Shown: piece after piece, positions 1 to 6,872 of the stretch | Layout: every line of letters begins with the position of its first letter | How positions within the stretch are numbered: the first letter of the stretch is position 1 | Virus record (IMG/VR): IMGVR_UViG_3300032296_002019 | Location: 35,489-99,488 of that record | Reading direction: 5' to 3' (one strand) | Length of the DNA: 64,000 nucleotides | Origin: a virus | Program-made: the position numbers and the translations under genes | Notes under the pieces: generated by a model | What the model saw: the letters and a program-made list of their open reading frames with translations, nothing else | Database searches by the model: none | What the model was told of the DNA's origin: nothing

Positions 1-384
1 AGATAGAGTCATGTAGTGCTGCCTGTCTCTATTCCACCACTCTTCGTGTCTTTTATATATCAGCTTATTTTGTTTGTACATGTACTTAAAGCTGTCTAAT
101 TCTGCTTTATACTTTAACGAAGATACAGTTAATTGGTTGTATTTATTTTCATTGTCAACTATGTACTTATTAAAATCAAATTTAGAAACTTCTAAAGATT
201 TGTTTAATGTTTTAATACTATCATTCAACAAAGTAAATTGTTTGTTAATATCATTACCCTGCTTTAAAGTAATTAATACTATAGAATCATTACCAATTTT
301 CTTTACCTGAGGATACTGGGAGTAAGTCGAATTTGATATCAACACTACCATTAGAAACAGAATCAAGTTTCTTATTAGCTTCAT
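1..384 (-). CDS. exported/membrane coiled-coil protein, 3' partial (missing from ORF track)
   Basis: ATG at 384 opens MKLIRNLILFLMVVLISNSTYSQYPQVKKIGNDSIVLITLKQG..., open to position 1; signal-peptide-like N-terminus; overlaps the 3' end of 290..631 by 95 nt in another frame. Confidence 0.75.
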   Translation of the reverse strand, partial: MKLIRNLILFLMVVLISNSTYSQYPQVKKIGNDSIVLITLKQGNDINKQFTLLNDSIKTLNKSLEVSKFDFNKYIVDNENKYNQLTVSSLKYKAELDSFKYMYKQNKLIYKRHEEWWNRDRQHYMTLS

Positions 385-631
385 TTAATTCGGATTTTAA
401 TTGTTTAACTTCTTTTTTGAGAGAAACTATTTGTTTTGCTGTCTTAGTGATTATCTCACCAGTTTTTTTATCAGCCTGTTGAATAGCTACTTTATTGACT
501 TCCTGCGTCTGCTTTATCTTTTTCATTAGTTCTACAAACTCATTATCTTTCTTAGCCTCTTCACTTGGAGTTTGACCTATGATCAAACAGGCTGAAAAGA
601 ACATAATCAGTATAACTATAAAAACTTTCAT
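290..631 (-). CDS. membrane-anchored coiled-coil protein (spanin-like candidate)
   Basis: Hydrophobic N-terminus with possible lipobox FSAC, then heptad-like coiled coil. Confidence 0.55.
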   Translation of the reverse strand: MKVFIVILIMFFSACLIIGQTPSEEAKKDNEFVELMKKIKQTQEVNKVAIQQADKKTGEIITKTAKQIVSLKKEVKQLKSELNEANKKLDSVSNGSVDIKFDLLPVSSGKENW

Positions 632-939
632 TACTGTGGGATTTTATTTAATTTATTAACTACTTCGTTTTTAGCTTCTGCTGCTGCGGCTTGGCCTATG
701 AATATTCTTAATTGATCTTCTAAAGTATCTATTTTAGTTTCTAACTTCTCTATCTTAGCATCTTGCTTGGCAATGATATCTTTGTTAGTCATTTTACCGT
801 CTACATAAAGATATCCTATAGCTATTAGTACTATAAATAATAAACCTTTAACTGGGTCTTTAGAAAATTCTTTAAAGGATATAGGAGGCTTTATTGCGCC
901 TGCTACTGAATCTACTGCTGATGTTTTTTTTGGTGCCAT
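631..939 (-). CDS. single-TM coiled-coil membrane protein (lysis-cluster candidate)
   Basis: TM segment GLLFIVLIAIGYLYV followed by coiled coil. Confidence 0.55.
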   Translation of the reverse strand: MAPKKTSAVDSVAGAIKPPISFKEFSKDPVKGLLFIVLIAIGYLYVDGKMTNKDIIAKQDAKIEKLETKIDTLEDQLRIFIGQAAAAEAKNEVVNKLNKIPQ

Positions 940-942
940 TTT

Positions 943-1215
943 TTATTTACTATTTTTTCCGTCTTCGAAAGATTTCCACTCTTCCAGATCATCTATACGC
1001 TGTTCTTGTTCCTCTAGCCAGTCAGCCTTTCTTTCTCTCTCGTCTATAATCTGTTGTATTTTTAATTCTAACTGCTTTTTATCTTCTTGATGTTCAGCTC
1101 TCATTAAACGAAACTCACTGAAGATACCTCCCGCAGCAAAAGCTACGGTGAGGATACCTCCAATGATACTCCAGTTTTGAGATATAAACTGGGATGTTTT
1201 AGATTCGTTTTGCAT
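943..1215 (-). CDS. small membrane protein with coiled coil (holin-like candidate)
   Basis: TM WSIIGGILTVAFAAGGIF then charged coiled coil. Confidence 0.5.
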   Translation of the reverse strand: MQNESKTSQFISQNWSIIGGILTVAFAAGGIFSEFRLMRAEHQEDKKQLELKIQQIIDERERKADWLEEQEQRIDDLEEWKSFEDGKNSK

Positions 1216-1448
1216 TATTTTACGCTGTCAACTATATCAACTACTACACTGTCAACTACTGGAACTTGTTTTGTTTCAAATAAATCACTTACGTGACTTA
1301 CTATCAACTTAATGTTCACTAACTCTTCTGGAATGTATCCATACTTAACTCCAGCTAAAGCGAGAGCTATTACTACTATAGAAATAACTACTACATGCTT
1401 AGCTTTTCCTTTCAATGCGTCTAATAATACTTTTAATTTTTCTAACAT
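1215..1448 (-). CDS. small membrane protein
   Basis: One TM helix; C-terminal VDSV...VDSV. Confidence 0.6.
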   Translation of the reverse strand: MLEKLKVLLDALKGKAKHVVVISIVVIALALAGVKYGYIPEELVNIKLIVSHVSDLFETKQVPVVDSVVVDIVDSVK

Positions 1449-1474
1449 TTAATTTAATTTTGGTTATGTAATGT

Positions 1475-1735
1475 TTATACAACAGAATCTTCGCTATCCT
1501 TATCTGCCTTCTTGTTAATGAATTTGTCTACTGAGGATATACCAAAGCAGCCTAGAGTCAACCAAAGAAAGGAATTGAAGATAAATTCTTGAATAACCAA
1601 TTCTTTTCCTAAACTACCTGTTATAATGTCAGCTACAGCGAACACTACCATCATAGTAAAAGCTAAAAAACCTATAAAAGATTTTTCATTAATGTCATTA
1701 CTGTCTTTAAATAGGGAACTAAAAAATTTTTTCAT
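1475..1735 (-). CDS. two-TM holin-like membrane protein
   Basis: Likely start MKKFFSS at 1735 (track starts at TTG 1780); two TM helices and charged C-tail. Confidence 0.55.
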   Translation of the reverse strand: MKKFFSSLFKDSNDINEKSFIGFLAFTMMVVFAVADIITGSLGKELVIQEFIFNSFLWLTLGCFGISSVDKFINKKADKDSEDSVV

Positions 1736-1810
1736 AATATTAAATAATTGTTTTATAATACAGAACCTAATATTATGCAACCAGAAAACCTATGTGTTAT
1801 AATAAATATA

Positions 1811-2722
1811 CTACTTCAACCCTAATTTAGATGTCAATATGGCATTGTCATCTTGAATAGTAGTGCAGCTTGTTGGTGTTGGTCCTACCCACCATAAAGG
1901 TAAGCAGCTACCTCCAATAGACCCCATAATAGGCCCTGAATTTGTTGAGTAATCGCAAGGCTTATAAGTGTACACAATATTGCAATTTGCATCCCATTGT
2001 GCCTGGTGGAATAGTCCAACCGTATGTCCTGATTCATGAGACACTGCTACTCTTATTCGGAGAGTATTAAATGACATAGTATTTGAAAACACGAAGCATT
2101 CAGGCGTTCCTCCGAACATAGAGCCAACATAAGCAATACCAGCCACACCAGGATATATTTCACTTGAAGTAGTAACAACTACTCTCATTCTTTTAGCTAC
2201 GCTTGCTGCTAAATAAACATTTTCATCTGTTGTAACAGTAATGTTATACTTAGCAAAATCTTTCTTAACACTATCGAGAATAGTTTGTATTTGTTCGGGT
2301 AATAATCCACTTGGTTGGCAATAGGTAGCAACACCATTATTCCAAGCACTACCAGCTGGTAGGTTATATCCATCAAAGTCAAGTAATAATACAGATGATA
2401 CAGAAGGTTCATTACCATATGGATATGGATCGCAAGCATCTCCTATACCATCTTTATCTGTATCCTTCTGATCAGAATTTCTAGTTCTAGGACAGTTGTC
2501 GTTTATATCCGGTACTCCGTCTTTATCGGAGTCTCTAAGCTTAGTAGATCCTCCTCCTGATCTAGCCATCTCGAATTCCTCAGCAGTTCTGAATGAATTA
2601 TTGCTTAATGGGCCAAAGTCACAAACTTCTGGTTTAGACGGTTTAGAAGGGGATATTTCTTTTGTGCAAGTTGCTACGAGTAAAGATGCAAATGCTAGGA
2701 TGAAAAGGATTTGTTTTTTCAT
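1811..2722 (-). CDS. lipoprotein: metzincin zinc metalloprotease with thrombospondin type 3 (Ca-binding) repeats
   Basis: Lipobox LVATC; DSDKDGVPDINDNCP...DQKDTDKDGIGDACD; HESGHTVGLFH (HExxHxxGxxH) and Met-turn PIMG. Confidence 0.8.
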   Translation of the reverse strand: MKKQILFILAFASLLVATCTKEISPSKPSKPEVCDFGPLSNNSFRTAEEFEMARSGGGSTKLRDSDKDGVPDINDNCPRTRNSDQKDTDKDGIGDACDPYPYGNEPSVSSVLLLDFDGYNLPAGSAWNNGVATYCQPSGLLPEQIQTILDSVKKDFAKYNITVTTDENVYLAASVAKRMRVVVTTSSEIYPGVAGIAYVGSMFGGTPECFVFSNTMSFNTLRIRVAVSHESGHTVGLFHQAQWDANCNIVYTYKPCDYSTNSGPIMGSIGGSCLPLWWVGPTPTSCTTIQDDNAILTSKLGLK

Positions 2723-2775
2723 GTTCTGTAATTATTATATAAATTATACATAACACAAAACAAAATTCTGCCTAC

Positions 2776-2783
2776 TATAAATA
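2776..2783 (-). promoter_or_regulatory. recurrent intergenic motif TATTTATA (putative phage late promoter)
   Basis: Same octamer upstream of many minus-strand genes. Confidence 0.5.
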
Positions 2784-2815
2784 GAGAAAGGGAGTAGAAA
2801 CTCCCCTTCGTTTTT
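2783..2815 (-). terminator. hairpin terminator downstream of tmRNA
   Basis: GGGAGT-TTCT-ACTCCC stem (2790-2805) flanked by pyrimidine/T tracts. Confidence 0.6.
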
Positions 2816-2839
2816 CCTAACCTTAACCTACCTTTTGAG

Positions 2840-3349
2840 TGGAGATGGTGGGATTCGAACCCACGTCTCCGAAAGAGACAATAATACTAACGTCTCACAT
2901 GCTTAGTACTAATTAGTGTTCGTCTTACGTTAGCTCAACGAGTCATTTCGTAAGCTGGTACGATACTAATCTGCACCGTAAGAGGCCAACCGTATAGATC
3001 GGGGTCCACCACCTTGTTTTATGACTACAAGGAAAACTTTTGTTAGTGTTTCGCCCCCTATATCACTAACTAAGACGCTCAAAGTCGGCTTTGACCATTA
3101 AGGGAGCCCTCAATCCACAGTCCTTATTTAACGAGTCGATCGTGAATACTCAGAGTAGTTCTGTTCCTAGGTTACTCACCCGACGCGGACTAGGCTGCTA
3201 CAGCGTAGTCGGCACCAACGAAGTCCATAAGATCTTCGAAGGTCATTGTTGACATTTCGTCATTTACTGTTTGGTATCTTCTAAGGCAGTATACCCAAAT
3301 GCCTGCATGTAGTATTACCTCTGCATCCGGATCGATACCGGTCATCCCC
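2840..3349 (-). ncRNA. ssrA: tmRNA, 510 nt
   Basis: 5' GGGGATG pairs with 3' CATCTCC(A) including the G3.U alanine determinant; T-arm GTGGGTTCGAATCCCAC; tag frame after TAAAT at 3261-3190 encodes DEMSTMTFEDLMDFVGADYAVAA*; CCA not encoded. Confidence 0.93.
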
Positions 3350-3352
3350 ATA

Positions 3353-3535
3353 TTACTTCAAACTAGAACTGTCCGGTGTGTTCTTACTGTCAGGATCCTC
3401 AGCAATTATAGAGGAACCTATAGTAGGCGTACCAGGTTCTTTTTTAGACTTCTTACCGCTAAAAGCGATATAAAGAACAGCAGCCCCTATAAGACAGAGA
3501 CCAACTACTAACAATACAAGATCTAATTTTTCCAT
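3353..3535 (-). CDS. small membrane-anchored protein between unknown RNA and tmRNA
   Basis: TM LVLLVVGLCLIGAAVLYIAF then KKSKK; stop codon ends 3 nt before the tmRNA 5' end. Confidence 0.65.
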   Translation of the reverse strand: MEKLDLVLLVVGLCLIGAAVLYIAFSGKKSKKEPGTPTIGSSIIAEDPDSKNTPDSSSLK

Positions 3536-3552
3536 TTTTTATAATTTTAAAT

Positions 3553-3584
3553 AAAAAAATCTGGCGGGAATACTGATTACCCGC
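3553..3584 (-). terminator. intrinsic terminator closing the unknown RNA
   Basis: GCGGG-TAATCAGTATT-CCCGC followed by CAGA and TTTTTTT. Confidence 0.65.
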
Positions 3585-3860
3585 AACCCCTGGACGGACC
3601 CCTTTTCACCCATAGTCCACAAAGATGATCAGTCCTTGTGTTGAGACTAGCTGGATTGACTACCAGCAACGCCTGCGGAGATCAGTTGCAATTTCTTCGG
3701 CGTATCCAGAGCACTGTTGGGTTGCGCATTCTACCCTTAGTGATGGTGGTTTTAACTCATCCGTCTGTGATACCCAACTCAACAGCTTTTCAGCTATCTC
3801 GCCAGTGCTTTAGCAGCTCTCAACCGCTTATTCAGCCACAGTTTTTCTTAAAAGAACTTC
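3553..3860 (-). ncRNA. unidentified GC-rich multi-helix structured RNA (~290-305 nt)
   Basis: No coding-strand ORF of 60 aa or more; much more GC-rich than flanks; nested stems GTTGAGA/TCTCAAC, AGCACTG/CAGTGCT, TTGGGT/ACCCAA, AGCT-GAAA-AGCT, ACGCC/GGCGT, GCTGG/CCAGC, CACAAGGA/TCTTTGTG; own promoter motifs and terminator. Confidence 0.72.
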
Positions 3861-3862
3861 TA

Positions 3863-3880
3863 CAAATGTATATATAAATA
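3863..3880 (-). promoter_or_regulatory. tandem promoter motifs for the unknown RNA (TATTTATA and Bacteroidota -7 TACATTTG)
   Basis: TATTTATA at 3880-3873, TACATTTG at 3870-3863, then boxA-like AGTTCTTT. Confidence 0.55.
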
Positions 3881-3899
3881 TCTATAATTTATATTTTTT

Positions 3900-4211
3900 T
3901 TAAATATTTTTTTTGTTGTAGTTATCTAAATGTTTTTGAGCCCTAGCACATAGTTCGTAATTTTCGTATTTAATTAGGTTTTCCATGTTTGTATCTAGAG
4001 TTTCATAGAAATTGTAATAAGAAGCATGTAATGTTATTGTATGTATCTTAGTTATTATCTGGGCTATGGTTACTCTCTTTAAGTCATTCTCTATAGCATA
4101 GCATATCTTTTCTACAATAGCAGTAGACAATCCTTCTTCATGTTCTGCCATTATATTTGCAAAAGTCATATCATTATCTAGAACTTCTATTAAATACAAA
4201 TCAGAATCCAT
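3900..4211 (-). CDS. hypothetical protein with C-terminal UVR-like motif
   Basis: ENYELCARAQKHL; apparent paralog of 5655..6017. Confidence 0.6.
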   Translation of the reverse strand: MDSDLYLIEVLDNDMTFANIMAEHEEGLSTAIVEKICYAIENDLKRVTIAQIITKIHTITLHASYYNFYETLDTNMENLIKYENYELCARAQKHLDNYNKKNI

Positions 4212-4566
4212 ATTTCTCCCAAATTTTATAGTACCAATCTAATATAAATTTAAGATCTTCAATACTAGTTTGACCTTTTAATGAGTCAATATATTGATCG
4301 CATTTATTTATTTCATTATTTAGATTTCTAATATTGTCGCTTTTTATTGTCTTTCTATCAAAGAAGTCCTTCTTTTCTTTTAACTTTTCTTTTAGTATAG
4401 GGATTTTTTTATCAGCCTCATTCTTTAAAATCTCCTCTTTAGATTTATTAACCATAAAAGCAGTGAGACCAGAAGCTCTTCCAGAAAATCTAAGCAGAGA
4501 ATCAGCTTTATCTTTTACTTTTAAAAGATCATCAGCCATTTTATCTATGCCTACTTTCCTTTTCAT
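4201..4566 (-). CDS. hypothetical protein
   Basis: 121-aa ORF overlapping both neighbours. Confidence 0.6.
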   Translation of the reverse strand: MKRKVGIDKMADDLLKVKDKADSLLRFSGRASGLTAFMVNKSKEEILKNEADKKIPILKEKLKEKKDFFDRKTIKSDNIRNLNNEINKCDQYIDSLKGQTSIEDLKFILDWYYKIWEKYGF

Positions 4567-5261
4567 TTTTTATAGCGGACTATTAGATCATCTCCAAAAT
4601 CATCTTTCTTATCACTCTGATCATAAATATAGTTATTTTCTAGGTCAATAGATTTTTTTATGTCCTCCTCATGCTTTACAGGAAGATCAAGATCTATTTT
4701 TACAGGTCTAACGTCCGTATAGTCTTCCATAACTGACAGTTGCTTTTGGGTGAATACTTCCCCTACGCAAAGGAAATAACAGTTATAGCATAGAAACTCT
4801 ACGTTCTCTAATCTCCAGTTTTTCTTATTGCCATCTTTAAAATTCAAGATCAGCGGAACTTTATAATCTATTAATCTTTTTTCTTTAAACCCACATCTAG
4901 AACATTGTTCTGGTAGTATGCAATGCTCTATCATTTGGGTTTTTAATATCTTTATAGACACAAAGGTTTTGGGAACCCTCTCTTCCATTATATCGATTAT
5001 AGAAGCTTTATCGTGTCTTCTCTTTCCAAATTTAGGAATACCTTTAGCTGCTTGATTTTTATGTACCTCAAAGAGAGTCTTTCCCTCTTCATTTCGATAC
5101 ATGTTAGCATATTTTTTATAGGTCTTAAAAGACACTCCCAGGAACTTTGCAGCTGCTTTATTTGAAAGAGTCTCTCTCATGGCCCTTTCTATTGTCTGTC
5201 TTTCTATATTTAAGTCCTGGCCTCTATTTGACTTCTGCTTTCTAAAAGACTTTATCTGCAT
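4563..5261 (-). CDS. HTH plus degenerate HNH-like zinc-finger protein
   Basis: HTH-like SNKAAAKFLGVSFKTYKKYA; CSRC...LILNFKDGNKKNWRLENVEFLCYNCY with the usual His residues replaced. Confidence 0.7.
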   Translation of the reverse strand: MQIKSFRKQKSNRGQDLNIERQTIERAMRETLSNKAAAKFLGVSFKTYKKYANMYRNEEGKTLFEVHKNQAAKGIPKFGKRRHDKASIIDIMEERVPKTFVSIKILKTQMIEHCILPEQCSRCGFKEKRLIDYKVPLILNFKDGNKKNWRLENVEFLCYNCYFLCVGEVFTQKQLSVMEDYTDVRPVKIDLDLPVKHEEDIKKSIDLENNYIYDQSDKKDDFGDDLIVRYKK

Positions 5262-5263
5262 AA

Positions 5264-5677
5264 CTAGAAGTTTTTATTTATCAGATACCACAAATCGTTT
5301 CCGTTATTTAGAGGTATGACATTCTTCTCATCGTCTACTAGATCCAATACAGATCCATCTGCACAATACCTATCATACAAATAAAAATTTATTAGATTAA
5401 GCTGTTGCTTATTAAAGTTGAAAGTTAAAAAATCTGTTATTATATTTAGAAAAAGCTCGTTGTACTTATTCATGTCTATCTGATAGGCCTCCTCTATCAT
5501 AACGGCCCTTTCTTCCGCTACTACTATAGATTCTATTATTCGATTGAATAGTATTCTTTTCTGATCTTCTAAAGTTTTTTTTGTCTTCCTTAAAGAAGTT
5601 TCTTGCCCTAGTATTTTATCTATGGCTATTTTAACATTTTGATCATGACTGTTTCTAGGATCGAATTCTTTCTTCAT
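5264..5677 (-). CDS. hypothetical protein
   Basis: 137-aa ORF in operon. Confidence 0.65.
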   Translation of the reverse strand: MKKEFDPRNSHDQNVKIAIDKILGQETSLRKTKKTLEDQKRILFNRIIESIVVAEERAVMIEEAYQIDMNKYNELFLNIITDFLTFNFNKQQLNLINFYLYDRYCADGSVLDLVDDEKNVIPLNNGNDLWYLINKNF

Positions 5678-6017
5678 AACAAAGTTTTTCTATAATATCT
5701 GTACATTGTTTGCATTTCTCATAATCTTCCATCTCAGGACGGGAATAATATTCTATTGCTTTTTTTAAAGCTGGTTCCCATTTGTCTTTAGATAAAGATA
5801 CGTAAACATCTTCATTTAATTTGAAGATCTCAGCATTTGATTTATTCTTTTGCAAACTAAATTTTATGGCTTCTATTAGATTATCAAACACTATTTTTTG
5901 AGTTTCAGGCATATCCGATATCTCACTGTAATCTGAGAAGTCTCGTACTGTATAATTCAAGAAGGGCACCACTCTTTTTTTTGCCACTTTTCTATCTTTC
6001 TTCTTGTTCATATGCAT
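5655..6017 (-). CDS. hypothetical protein with C-terminal UVR-like motif
   Basis: AIEYY...EDYEKCKQCTDII. Confidence 0.6.
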   Translation of the reverse strand: MHMNKKKDRKVAKKRVVPFLNYTVRDFSDYSEISDMPETQKIVFDNLIEAIKFSLQKNKSNAEIFKLNEDVYVSLSKDKWEPALKKAIEYYSRPEMEDYEKCKQCTDIIEKLCYEERIRS

Positions 6018-6021
6018 GATT

Positions 6022-6822
6022 TTAAAAGATTTTAATTGCGTCTTTTATCACTGACAGTATGCTACTCTCTTGTAGAAGAGAGCTTTTAGGAGAATCATCT
6101 TGTGAAAAGTCAGATATACAGAATATTGAATCCATTAATTTATCTCCCTTAGGATTAAAATCAGCCCTAGGTGGAGTTTTAAAAGTTTTTGTGGCATCAA
6201 CATCCCAAGTCTTTATCCTGTCTTCCCTAAAGAACCTCCAACCTGGGAGGGCTTTTTTCTGAGGATTTTTATCTGCACTGACTGATTTACCTGATCCAAC
6301 CCAGGCACGTACATACTTTATACCCTTTTTAGATCCATATGCTACAGGCTGTACGTCTGTACGCCATCCTGGAGCCTCTTCTTCGTCCCCTTGATAGTAA
6401 AGCTTTACGAATCTCTTATTTGTTATTGCATCGCATATATCGTCTCCTTTGCCTCCTAGATTTCTTTTCTTAACTGTAGGGGGAGTAGTTGGAGGTTCTT
6501 TTTTAGTTTTACTCTTGGCAGTTTTAGGACCTACGTCAATAGTTCTAGATTTCTTTCCTAGTATATTCCAGTTAACTATTTTATCTTGTTGATATCTTTT
6601 TATTTCAGCTTTCTTACCTGCCTCTTTAGGAATCTCATAGGCTACTAAATATTTCTTTCCTTTTGTGTCTTCTACCTTGATAGCTTCTATGGTTTTCCAG
6701 CCTCTAGGAGAATCACTGTCGCCTTGATAATATACGGATACTTGAGAGCCAGAATCCAGCATTTTCTTAGCTGTGGCGTCATCAAGAGGGGCTTCTAATA
6801 GTAGTCTTAATAAATTTCTCAC
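6022..6822 (-). CDS. tandem WYL-domain protein
   Basis: Two repeats: VSVYYQGD..GWKTIEAIKV..YLVAY..RYQQDKI and VKLYYQGD..GWRTDVQPVAYG..YVRAW..GWRFFREDRIKTW; K/P/T linker; no HTH. Confidence 0.8.
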   Translation of the reverse strand: MRNLLRLLLEAPLDDATAKKMLDSGSQVSVYYQGDSDSPRGWKTIEAIKVEDTKGKKYLVAYEIPKEAGKKAEIKRYQQDKIVNWNILGKKSRTIDVGPKTAKSKTKKEPPTTPPTVKKRNLGGKGDDICDAITNKRFVKLYYQGDEEEAPGWRTDVQPVAYGSKKGIKYVRAWVGSGKSVSADKNPQKKALPGWRFFREDRIKTWDVDATKTFKTPPRADFNPKGDKLMDSIFCISDFSQDDSPKSSLLQESSILSVIKDAIKIF

Positions 6823-6825
6823 GTA

Positions 6826-6872
6826 TATAAATATCTTAGTACAAAGATAATCATTATACGTTATATATCAAA
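6826..6872 (-). promoter_or_regulatory. Bacteroidota-type promoter plus TATTTATA motif upstream of WYL operon
   Basis: TTTG(6872-6869)-N19-TATCTTTG(6849-6842); TATTTATA at 6833-6826. Confidence 0.75.

Noticed and set aside
2840-2870. tRNA-like T-arm and acceptor
   Set aside because: No anticodon arm nearby; it is the 3' end of the tmRNA
3700-3830. SAM-I riboswitch-like words (GCAACC...GTGC, ACTGGC) or RNase P in the unknown RNA
   Set aside because: Lacks the AUC/GAU P1 core and GAGGGA of SAM-I, and lacks GAGGAAAGUCC of RNase P
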